Assembly: GCA_903855135.1 (NCBI GenBank)
Contig: CAINYB010000014.1
Span: 1-55,654, forward strand
DNA length: 55,654 nt
Direction: 5' to 3'
From: an uncultured bacterium
GTDB taxonomy: Bacteria; Patescibacteriota; Patescibacteriia; UBA1558; GWA2-36-10
Part shown: positions 10,411-20,364 of the stretch, in pieces
Numbering within the stretch: the first letter of the stretch is position 1
How the letters are laid out: the number at the start of each line of letters is the position of its first letter
Notes under the pieces: generated by a model
The model's input: the letters and a program-made list of their open reading frames with translations, nothing else
Told to the model about the DNA's origin: nothing
Databases searched by the model: none
Position numbers and translations under genes: made by a program

Positions 10411-11649
10411 ATGAATTTATATAAATTTAAATACTCATTAAACCCGGTTCAGGTTTTGTGGCGCAACAAAACTAGAACTTTTTTAACTTCTTTAGGCATC
10501 ATTATTGGTATTGCTTCAGTGATTATCATCATTTCTGTGGGTGCTGGTGCCCAAAGTTTGATTTTAAATCAAATCAAAGGTATTGGTTCTGACTTACTTG
10601 GTATTTTACCTGGTGCTTCTGATGAAAGTGGTCGGCCAGCGGCGACGATGGGTGTGTCAGTCACGACTCTTACTTATGATGATGTCAAAGCCATGGCAAA
10701 ATTACCAGAGGTTTCTTATGCGACCGGCTATTCTCGTGGTGTCGGCACAGTCACTTGGCAAAATCGGACGACAGATACAAATTTTGTTGGCGTCACCAGC
10801 GATTATACTAAAGTAGAGGCTGCTGATGTGGTGAGTGGTCGTTTTTTTATTCCTGAAGAAGATTTAGGTGTCACAAAAACGGCGATTTTGGGCTGGCAAG
10901 TCAAAGAAGATTTGTTTGGAGACATCGATCCTTTGAATGCAAGCATCAAAATAAACAAAGAAACTTTTCATGTAGTAGGGGTGATGGAAAAAAGAGGTAC
11001 GGCCGGCTTTCAAAACCAAGATGATCAAGTATTTGTGCCGATAGAAACAGCGCAGAAATTATTATTAGGCGTAAATCATCTCGGATTTGCGCGAGCAAAG
11101 ATCGCTGATGGTGTAGATACTGCCATTGCTGAAGATGCAGTCAAATCTTTATTAAGAGAACGTCATGATATCACTGATCCAGCAGAAGATGATTTTACTG
11201 TTGGCACCTCTGAACAAGCAATTAGTAGTTTAAAAAGTATTACTGATGCTTTGAATTATTTTTTAGCAGCGGTGGCTGCTATTTCCCTTTTGGTCGGTGG
11301 CGTTGGCGTGATGAATATCATGTTTGTGGCGGTTTCCGAACGCACCAGAGAGATCGGTTTACGTAAAGCAATCGGTGCTAAGCCAAGTGATATTAGTTGG
11401 CAGTTTTTGCTAGAAGCTATGCTTTTGACTTCATTTGGTGGAGTGATCGGCATTTTATTTGGTATTTTATTTTCCTGGCTAGTTAGTCTGGTTGCTCAAG
11501 GTTTGGGCTATGATTGGGATTTTGTGGTTTCTGCTTTTTCCATTATTTTAGCTTTTGTGTTTATCGGTATAGTAGGTCTAGCTTTTGGCTGGTATCCCAG
11601 TCTGAAGGCTTCTAAGCTTAATCCAGTTGAAGCTTTGAGGTACGAATAA
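10411..11649 (+). CDS. ABC transporter permease (MacB/FtsX-like)
   Basis: LTSLGIIIGIASV; VGGVGVMNIM..V.ERTREIGLRKAIGA; ASKLNPVEALRYE. Confidence 0.95.
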   Translation: MNLYKFKYSLNPVQVLWRNKTRTFLTSLGIIIGIASVIIIISVGAGAQSLILNQIKGIGSDLLGILPGASDESGRPAATMGVSVTTLTYDDVKAMAKLPEVSYATGYSRGVGTVTWQNRTTDTNFVGVTSDYTKVEAADVVSGRFFIPEEDLGVTKTAILGWQVKEDLFGDIDPLNASIKINKETFHVVGVMEKRGTAGFQNQDDQVFVPIETAQKLLLGVNHLGFARAKIADGVDTAIAEDAVKSLLRERHDITDPAEDDFTVGTSEQAISSLKSITDALNYFLAAVAAISLLVGGVGVMNIMFVAVSERTREIGLRKAIGAKPSDISWQFLLEAMLLTSFGGVIGILFGILFSWLVSLVAQGLGYDWDFVVSAFSIILAFVFIGIVGLAFGWYPSLKASKLNPVEALRYE

Positions 11650-11651
11650 TT

Positions 11652-12899
11652 ATGCAATACAGAGAAGCTTTTAAAATCGCTATCAGGGCTTTAAAAATCA
11701 ACAAAGGTAGATCTTTGTTGACTATTTTAGGTATTGTGATTGGTATCGCTGCTGTTTTAGTAGTGATGTCAGCGGGAAATAGTATCCAAAAGTTTATTTT
11801 TGCGGAAATGGATAGTTTTGGTAGTGACTTAGTACAGACCGAAACTAAAGTGCCAAGCACTAAACATGCCTCTTCAGCCAATGCAACTGCTATGGTTCAA
11901 GGTGTGGTAATAACTAGTTTAAAATTAACCGACAAAGAAGCTATTTTAAAATTACCAAATATTAAAAAAAATTATGCCGCTTTTATCGGCCAAGAGATTT
12001 TGTCTTGGGACAATAAAATAAAAAGCTCCATGGTAATGGCAGCTAGCGCGGAAATGCTAGATATTGATGCCCTTGATATTGATACTGGTAGATTTTTTAC
12101 TGAAGAAGAAGATAATTCTTTAGACAGAGTAGTAGTCTTAGGTAGTAAGATGAAAGAAAAATTATTTGGTCAAAGCGAGGCCGTTGGACAGAACCTTAAA
12201 ATTCGTAAAACTAATTTTAAAGTAATCGGCGTCACTAAACCCGCTGGTGGTTCTTTGTTTTTTGATCGTGATCAAATAGTTTATATTCCTATTCAAACTG
12301 GGCAAAAATTATTATGGGGCATAGACCATGTCAGTATGATTGCTTCGCAGATGGAGGATCCGAGCAAAGACGCAGAAACTGTAGCTGATATAAATGCACT
12401 ATTGCGAGAGCGCCATGATATCACTGATCCAGACAAAGATGATTTTGCGGTTGCTTCTATGGATGATGCAAAAGACTTAATTAATACTATTTTTGGTGGC
12501 GTGCAGTTATTATTGATTGCTTTGGCTGGTATTTCTTTGGTAGTCGGTGGTGTTGGTATTATGAATATTATGTATGTTTCAGTGTCAGAGCGTACTTTTG
12601 AGATTGGTTTACGTAAAGCCTTGGGCGCAAAATACAAAGACATTATGCAACAGTTTTTGACGGAAGCTGTCGTTGTTACTTTTTTAGGCGGTTTAGTAGG
12701 GGTAATAGTAGGGATAATTTTAAATTATTTAGTATTTATTTTAGCTGATTCTAAAGGCTTTACCTGGGAATTATCATTACCATTTTCAGCTTTATTTACT
12801 TCACTTAGTTTTGCGGTTATTTTAGGGATTATTTTTGGTTTATTTCCGGCTCAAAAAGCAGCCACGCTGGAGCCAATTAACGCCTTGCGACAAGAATAA
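11652..12899 (+). CDS. ABC transporter permease (MacB/FtsX-like), second paralog
   Basis: LTILGIVIGIAAV; VGGVGIMNIM..V.ERTFEIGLRKALGA. Confidence 0.95.
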   Translation: MQYREAFKIAIRALKINKGRSLLTILGIVIGIAAVLVVMSAGNSIQKFIFAEMDSFGSDLVQTETKVPSTKHASSANATAMVQGVVITSLKLTDKEAILKLPNIKKNYAAFIGQEILSWDNKIKSSMVMAASAEMLDIDALDIDTGRFFTEEEDNSLDRVVVLGSKMKEKLFGQSEAVGQNLKIRKTNFKVIGVTKPAGGSLFFDRDQIVYIPIQTGQKLLWGIDHVSMIASQMEDPSKDAETVADINALLRERHDITDPDKDDFAVASMDDAKDLINTIFGGVQLLLIALAGISLVVGGVGIMNIMYVSVSERTFEIGLRKALGAKYKDIMQQFLTEAVVVTFLGGLVGVIVGIILNYLVFILADSKGFTWELSLPFSALFTSLSFAVILGIIFGLFPAQKAATLEPINALRQE

Positions 12900-12933
12900 A
12901 TTTTTTTGGTTAATTTATTTAATATATTATTCA

Positions 12934-12960
12934 GAGCTCCCCCGCGTAGCGGGGGAGCTC
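12934..12960. repeat. GC-rich palindrome, CCCGC-N3-GCGGG family
   Basis: GAGCTCCCCCGC-GTA-GCGGGGGAGCTC, perfect 12 bp stem. Confidence 0.9.
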
Positions 12961-13001
12961 ATGTAAATATTTCTCTAATGTTAGCCAATATTTAGCTATA
13001 T

Positions 13002-13028
13002 TTAGCACTCCTTGACTAGGAGTGCTAA
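13002..13028. promoter_or_regulatory. CIRCE element (HrcA operator)
   Basis: Exact TTAGCACTC-N9-GAGTGCTAA upstream of hrcA. Confidence 0.97.
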
Positions 13029-13040
13029 ATGCTTTATAAT
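13012..13040 (+). promoter_or_regulatory. Sigma70-type promoter of the heat-shock operon
   Basis: TTGACT (13012-17), 17 nt, TATAAT (13035-40). Confidence 0.85.
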
Positions 13041-13047
13041 ATTATTT

Positions 13048-13710
13048 ATGGATGAAAGAGCGCAAAAATTATTAAGAGCAATTATTGATTTTTATATCAA
13101 AAACGCTCACCCAGTCGGCTCCCAATTTTTAGCTGAACACGAAGACTTATTAGTCAGTTCCGCTACTATTCGTAATGAAATGTTGGCCCTGGAAAAACAA
13201 GGCTTTATTTTTCAGCCTCATACTTCAGCTGGTCGTATTCCTACTTTGGTTGGCTATCAATATTATTTAGATAATTTATTGAATATTGAGTCTTTGCCAG
13301 AAGCAGAAGAAAAAGAATTAAAAATCGCTTATAAAAAAGACACACGCGAATTAGCCAAAGTGTTAGCCGAAAAAACAAATTTAGCAGTGATTCTAGCCTT
13401 TGATGCCAATGATTTATATTTTACTGGTTTATTTAATCTTTTTTCTCAGCCAGAATTTGCAGATTACAAGATGATGCTTTCCATGAGTCAGGTGATTGAT
13501 TCTTTAGAAAAAGCCATGGCCAGTATTTTTTATCAAATAGATAAGCCAAAAATTTTATTAGGTGAAGACAATCCTTTTGCAGAAACTTGTTCGGTAGCAG
13601 TCACGCCATTAAATGGAGAACCAAAAAGATTGTTAGCTATTTTAGGGCCAGTGCGCATGGACTATAATCGCGTTTTAAGTTTATTAGCAAGTTTAGTTAA
13701 AATAAGTTAA
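13048..13710 (+). CDS. hrcA: Heat-inducible transcription repressor HrcA (short form)
   Basis: PVGSQ, SSATIRNEM, QPHTSAGRIPT, LGPVRMDY; CIRCE upstream; start moved to ATG 13048. Confidence 0.95.
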   Translation: MDERAQKLLRAIIDFYIKNAHPVGSQFLAEHEDLLVSSATIRNEMLALEKQGFIFQPHTSAGRIPTLVGYQYYLDNLLNIESLPEAEEKELKIAYKKDTRELAKVLAEKTNLAVILAFDANDLYFTGLFNLFSQPEFADYKMMLSMSQVIDSLEKAMASIFYQIDKPKILLGEDNPFAETCSVAVTPLNGEPKRLLAILGPVRMDYNRVLSLLASLVKIS

Positions 13711-13713
13711 ATT

Positions 13714-14184
13714 ATGCCAAACAAAAAAATAGACGAAATAGAAAATTTAAAACAACAAGCTGCTGAAAATTTAGCTGGCTGGCAAAAAGCTTTAGCTGAT
13801 TATCAAAATTTGCAGAAAGAACACGAGAAAAAATTAAGTAACTTAAAAACATTTTTAAGCTTAGATATTGTTGGCCAACTTTTACCAATTTTTGATAATT
13901 ATAAAATTGCCTTAAACCATATTCCGGATACAGAAAAGCAACAAGCTTGGGCTATTGGCTTAGAGCATATTTTTAAACTGTGGGAGGTATTTTTAAATGA
14001 ACAAGGAGTAAAAGAAATAGAAGCTTTGGGCAAAAAATTTGACCCAGAATATCACGAAAGTATTGGTCAAGTAGAAAATAAAGCTTTAGCTGATCAAGAA
14101 ATCGTGGAAGTAAAGCAAATTGGTTATAGCTATCAAGATCAAGTGCTAAGGCCAACAAAAGTAATAATTAATAATTTAACATAA
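13714..14184 (+). CDS. grpE: Nucleotide exchange factor GrpE
   Basis: ADYQNL, LLPIFDN, FDPEYHE, GY..QVLRP; context. Confidence 0.93.
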   Translation: MPNKKIDEIENLKQQAAENLAGWQKALADYQNLQKEHEKKLSNLKTFLSLDIVGQLLPIFDNYKIALNHIPDTEKQQAWAIGLEHIFKLWEVFLNEQGVKEIEALGKKFDPEYHESIGQVENKALADQEIVEVKQIGYSYQDQVLRPTKVIINNLT

Positions 14185-14210
14185 TTAATTTAAGAAAGGA
14201 GAACAAACAT

Positions 14211-14599
14211 ATGTCATTAATACCTTGGAGTCCATTTTTGGACACGTTTGAAAATTTGGAAAACACCAACTTTCTACCCGCTATTGATGTCTATGAAAAC
14301 AAAGACAATGTAGTGGTAGAAGCGACTTTAGCCGGTATCAAGCCAGCTAATATCAATATTTCTGTCAAAGATGATGTCTTTACCATCGAGGGTCAACGTG
14401 AAGAAACTTCAGAGATCGAAGAAAAAAATTATTATCGTAAAGAAGTACGTACTGGTTCATTTCATCGCTCTGTGATCTTGCCGGCTTCAGTGCAGGCTGA
14501 TAAATCAGAAGCAGTCTTTGAAAATGGTTTATTGAAAGTCACTTTGCCAAAAGAAGAAAGACAAAAAACTAAAAATATAAAAATTGAAATTAAAAAATA

Positions 14600-14600
<1 letters not shown>
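14211..14600 (+). CDS. Hsp20/alpha-crystallin small heat shock protein
   Basis: PAIDVYE, GSFHRSVILP, AVFENGLLKVTLPK; SD AAGGAG. Confidence 0.95.
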
Positions 14601-16835
<2,235 letters not shown>

Positions 16836-16847
16836 AATTTAATTTAA

Positions 16848-16870
16848 CCGCCCCCGCAACGCGGGGGCGG
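16848..16870. repeat. GC-rich palindrome, CCCGC-N3-GCGGG family
   Basis: CCGCCCCCGC-AAC-GCGGGGGCGG between dnaK and dnaJ, no T tract. Confidence 0.9.
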
Positions 16871-16882
16871 CTTAAAATACAA

Positions 16883-17986
16883 ATGTCCAAAGATTATTAT
16901 AAAATTTTAGGCGTCAATAAATCAGCATCAGCTGATGAGATTAAAAAAGCTTTTCGTAAGCTTGCTCACGAGCATCATCCTGATAAAGCTGGCGGTAATG
17001 CGGAAAAGTTCAAAGAACTTAATGAAGCTTATCAAGTTTTAGGCGATAGCCAAAAACGTGCGCAGTATGATCAGTTTGGTAGCGCTTACAAAAATCAAGC
17101 CGGCGGTGGTGCTTATGGCAATCCTTTTGGGCAAGGTTTTGATTTTTCTGGTTTTTCTCAAAATGGTCAAGGCATGGATTTTGATTTAGGTGATATCTTT
17201 GGTAGTTTTTTTGGTGGTGCTGCCGGTGGTGGCAGACAAGCTTCACATCGTGGTAGTGATTTAGAATTAAATATCGAAATTACTTTGAAAGAAGCAGTTT
17301 TTGGCGTCAACAAAAAAGTCCAAGTAAAAAAACAAAACAAATGTGAAGTTTGTCATGGCAGTGGCGCGGAAAATAATGATTCTTTTATGCAATGTAATAC
17401 TTGCCAAGGTAGTGGCAAGATTATCACTACTATTTTAGGACAATTTCGTACGCAAACTATTTGTCCAGATTGCCAAGGCAAAGGTAAAAAAATAAAAAAT
17501 AAATGTGGTGCTTGTCATGGCCAGGGTCTAAAAACAGAAATAGAGGAATTAAATATCGAGATACCAGCCGGTATCGATGATGGTCAGTCAATCCGTATGT
17601 CTGGCAAGGGCGATGCGGGCCAAAGTAATGCTGCGGCTGGAGATTTGTATATCAACGTTTTTGTGACACCAGATAAATACTTACAAAGACAAGGTGATGA
17701 TTTATTGAGTGAAATCACTATTACTTTTACAGAGGCAGTTTTAGGAGGAGAAGAATTAGTAAAAACTATTGACGGTGAAGTAAAATTAAAGATTCCAGCT
17801 GGTACTAAAGCTGGCGAGCGTATCATTTTACGAGACAAAGGCGTACACAAGCTAAAAGGCCGTGGACGCGGCAATCAAGTGGTTTTGGTGAATATCGATG
17901 TACCGACTAATTTAAGCCGTAAACAAAGGCAATTATTAGAGGAATTAGATCAAGAATTTAAGACTAGTAAGAAGAAATGGTTCTAA
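16883..17986 (+). CDS. dnaJ: Chaperone DnaJ
   Basis: J domain HPD, G/F region, four CxxCxGxG repeats. Confidence 0.98.
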   Translation: MSKDYYKILGVNKSASADEIKKAFRKLAHEHHPDKAGGNAEKFKELNEAYQVLGDSQKRAQYDQFGSAYKNQAGGGAYGNPFGQGFDFSGFSQNGQGMDFDLGDIFGSFFGGAAGGGRQASHRGSDLELNIEITLKEAVFGVNKKVQVKKQNKCEVCHGSGAENNDSFMQCNTCQGSGKIITTILGQFRTQTICPDCQGKGKKIKNKCGACHGQGLKTEIEELNIEIPAGIDDGQSIRMSGKGDAGQSNAAAGDLYINVFVTPDKYLQRQGDDLLSEITITFTEAVLGGEELVKTIDGEVKLKIPAGTKAGERIILRDKGVHKLKGRGRGNQVVLVNIDVPTNLSRKQRQLLEELDQEFKTSKKKWF

Positions 17987-17995
17987 ATCGTTGCC

Positions 17996-18024
17996 TTGAC
18001 TAAACTTGAGCTTTAGTTTATAAT
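17996..18024 (+). promoter_or_regulatory. Sigma70-type promoter upstream of the tRNA region
   Basis: TTGACT (17996-18001), 17 nt, TATAAT (18019-24). Confidence 0.8.
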
Positions 18025-18047
18025 CTAGGCTGTTATTCAGGTAATAG

Positions 18048-18222
18048 GCCGAGATAGCTTCCCTCGACTTCGCTCGGGACTGGTGAGCTACAGTTTTGCC
18101 ACCGCCCATTCGACTACGCTCTCTTCGAGTCTGAGCGACGAGGTCGTCAGACCTCGGAGTCGATGACAGGGCGGGGTGTCGAGCTAAAGCTCTCCATAAA
18201 CTGTTAAAGGAAAAGTTTGAAT
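18048..18222 (+). pseudogene. Degenerate tRNA-Thr copy interrupted by two hairpin-element insertions
   Basis: GCCGAGATAGCT (18048-59), TGGTGAGCTACAGTTTTG (18081-98), TAAACTGT (18197-204) and GTTTGAAT match the intact tRNA-Thr in order. Confidence 0.8.
18101..18174 (-). repeat. Approx. 74 bp nested palindromic element, copy 1 (inverted relative to 30291-30363)
   Basis: Reverse complement matches 30291-30363 except 2 substitutions and a 1 nt indel. Confidence 0.93.
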
Positions 18223-18227
18223 ATCAT

Positions 18228-18303
18228 GCCGAGATAGCTCAGTTGGTAGAGCTACAGTTTTGTAAACTGTGGGTCGCAGGTTCGAATCCTGTTCTCGGCT
18301 CCA
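18228..18303 (+). tRNA. tRNA-Thr (anticodon TGT)
   Basis: Cloverleaf GCCGAGA/TCTCGGC, ACAGT-TT TGT AA-ACTGT, GGTTCGAATCC, encoded CCA. Confidence 0.97.
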
Positions 18304-18460
18304 CTCGATTCGCCTTTTGCTTCGCAAAAAGCTCACTCGTGGTCGCCGGTGCTTTTTAAGCACCTATGACCGTTTTCTTTTAGAGAATCGAGTGTCTTGC
18401 CATTCGGCCCTGAAGGGCTCAGGCCCTGAACGGGAGCGAGCGTAGCGAGTCGAAAGGCAA
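18301..18460. repeat. Structured GC-rich trailer made of stacked hairpin elements
   Basis: CACTCGATTC (18302-11) pairs with GAATCGAGTG (18385-94); inner TTTTGC-TTC-GCAAAA and GGTGCTT/AAGCACC; CCACTCGA..CTCGTGG also at 28005-28043. Confidence 0.7.
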
Positions 18461-18491
18461 ATAATTTAAATAAATTATTAATCATAATCAG

Positions 18492-18647
18492 ATGTCACAA
18501 GATTTTTTAGCTAAATTAGAATGTACTGTTTGTCACAACATTAATTACCATTCTCATCGCAATAAAAAGATTTTAAAAGAAAGATTGCAATTGAAGAAAC
18601 ACTGTACTAAATGTAAAAAACATACAGACCATAAAGAAACAAAATAA
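18492..18647 (+). CDS. rpmG: 50S ribosomal protein L33 (Zn-binding type), not in the ORF track
   Basis: MSQDFLAKLECTVCHNINYHSHRNKKILKERLQLKKHCTKCKKHTDHKETK (51 aa). Confidence 0.95.
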   Translation: MSQDFLAKLECTVCHNINYHSHRNKKILKERLQLKKHCTKCKKHTDHKETK

Positions 18648-18661
18648 TTGTTTTTCATATT

Positions 18662-18694
18662 GAACTATGTTATGATAACCATATAGCATAGTTC
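18662..18694. promoter_or_regulatory. Inverted repeat, probable operator upstream of the HTH/LAGLIDADG-like gene
   Basis: GAACTATGTTAT-N9-ATAGCATAGTTC (11/12 match), ending 7 nt before the ATG. Confidence 0.55.
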
Positions 18695-18701
18695 GATTTT
18701 T

Positions 18702-19364
18702 ATGAATAAAAAAGAAAAAGCGGTTATTTTAAGAAAGCGTGGCCAATCATTAGCAGAAATAGCTGAAATTTTAAAAATTTCCAAAAGTACAGCTTCTTTA
18801 TGGTTAAAAAGCATTGGCATTTCTAAAGCTGGTAGATTACGTTTACAAAATAGGATTACAAAAGCCAGGGTTAAGGGTGGCCAGGTAAACCACGTAAAGA
18901 AATTAGGCGATATAGAAAAAATTACTGAGTTTAGTCAAAAATTGATTAAGAATTTAAAATTTTCAAAAATTGACTATAAAATATTTTGCGCACTTCTGTA
19001 TTGGTGTGAAGGAAGTAAAGGCGGTAATTCTGTACGTTTTATTAATTCTGATCCATATTTGATTAAAACTTTTTTATTATTTTTACGTCTTGGGTTTCAG
19101 ATTAGTGAAGATAAATTTAGGGTTTGTTTACATCTGCATAAATATCACAAAATAGAGGAAGAGATCAAATATTGGTCTAATATTACAGCAATACATGGCA
19201 GTAAATTTTTAAAAATTCATCAAAAAGCAAATACAGGGAAAAGACTAAAGGATAATTATCATGGTTGTGCTTCTATTCGTTATTATGATGTGTCAGTTTT
19301 GAATGAGATAAAAATTTTGTATAAATTATTATTTATAAATAATGGGGGAGTAATTCAGTGGTAG
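18702..19364 (+). CDS. HTH + LAGLIDADG-like (homing endonuclease-related) protein overlapping tRNA-Trp
   Basis: GQSLAEIAEILKISKSTASLWLK HTH; ALLYWCEGSK..VRFINSDP LAGLIDADG-like motif; stop TAG lies in the tRNA D-arm. Confidence 0.7.
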   Translation: MNKKEKAVILRKRGQSLAEIAEILKISKSTASLWLKSIGISKAGRLRLQNRITKARVKGGQVNHVKKLGDIEKITEFSQKLIKNLKFSKIDYKIFCALLYWCEGSKGGNSVRFINSDPYLIKTFLLFLRLGFQISEDKFRVCLHLHKYHKIEEEIKYWSNITAIHGSKFLKIHQKANTGKRLKDNYHGCASIRYYDVSVLNEIKILYKLLFINNGGVIQW

Positions 19365-19417
19365 AATGTTGGTCTCCAAAACCAATCACGAGGGTTCGAT
19401 TCCTTCCTCCCCTGCCA
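19344..19417 (+). tRNA. tRNA-Trp (anticodon CCA)
   Basis: GGGGGAG/CTCCCCT acceptor, TTGGT-CT CCA AA-ACCAA, GGTTCGATTCC, encoded CCA. Confidence 0.96.
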
Positions 19418-19475
19418 GTAAGTTTTTTATCGAGTGACCGAGACGCTGTCTGGTAACGATAATTGCTTACAAAAG

Positions 19476-19501
19476 AAAAAACGCCATTTTGGCGCTTTTT
19501 T
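19476..19501. terminator. Possible bidirectional terminator after tRNA-Trp
   Basis: A tract, CGCCA-TTT-TGGCG, T tract, between convergent units. Confidence 0.55.
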
Positions 19502-19638
19502 GTTTGCTTAAATTTTAAATCAAAGAAACAATTTTATCTTTTAAAATTAATTTACTTTGAATAGAGGAAAGTAATTCTCTTTTTTCTAGGATACTACCTT
19601 ACGCTTACCACGTCGCACGTGGAGCAAAAAAGCAGTCC

Positions 19639-20223
19639 TTAGCGGCTGCTTTCTTTTTTTATTTCTAATAATAATTTTTGATGACGTTCTTTTAATTTTA
19701 CGAAAAGGTTTTCATGTTTTAATTTCGGTTCAGCAATCTTAATAAAATATTCTAATTTTTGAATCAAGATTTTTTCCATCTCAGGATTATTACCGAAACG
19801 ATAGTAATTACTATTATCTAAGATATCAGCACATTTAATCATTAGAGCTTCTTTACCAGCATATTTGGTTCTCTTAAACATTTCCTGGTATTGTTTTTTC
19901 TTGTCTTTAATTTTTGTTTTAAAAGAAACCGCAGATACTAAATTACTGATTTTTTTCCCAAATTTTTTTTCAAGATCTTTAATCGTTATTTTTGAGTCTT
20001 CTAATAAATCATGTAATGTTGCTGCAGCAATTGTCGTGGCAGGTGATCCGTTTTCTGCTAGCGAACAAGCTACTTTTAGGCTGTGAAAAATTACTGGCTT
20101 TTCATTAAAGCCACTTTTTGAATATTCAGTCATTAAAAAAATCATAGCATTTTCAATGATTTGACTGTCTTTTTTTGAGTATGCTTTTCCCATAATTTTG
20201 TCTAAACAATTTATATTGTACAC
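19639..20223 (-). CDS. HD-domain hydrolase, RelA/SpoT HD (Mesh1/small alarmone hydrolase)-like
   Basis: PVIFHSLKVA, AATLHDLLED, FGKKISNLV, IKCADILDN; alternative start ATG 20193. Confidence 0.8.
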   Translation of the reverse strand: MYNINCLDKIMGKAYSKKDSQIIENAMIFLMTEYSKSGFNEKPVIFHSLKVACSLAENGSPATTIAAATLHDLLEDSKITIKDLEKKFGKKISNLVSAVSFKTKIKDKKKQYQEMFKRTKYAGKEALMIKCADILDNSNYYRFGNNPEMEKILIQKLEYFIKIAEPKLKHENLFVKLKERHQKLLLEIKKESSR

Positions 20224-20364
20224 ATTTTTAAGATAATTATCAATTTTTGATTAAAAATTGACTAAAATGTCAATTTATGTTTATATATATCGAAATATAC
20301 CTCTTGATTGAGGGGTGTATGAACCTTAAAAAAACGAATGAAAAAATACGAAAGGAACAAGGTC

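Noticed and set aside
13012-13047. TTG start for hrcA given in the ORF track
   Set aside because: It is the -35 box inside CIRCE; homology starts at MDER (13048)
18048-18222. Intron-containing functional tRNA
   Set aside because: Insert is too short for a group I intron, the D-loop is also disrupted, and the T stem and 3' acceptor strand are lost
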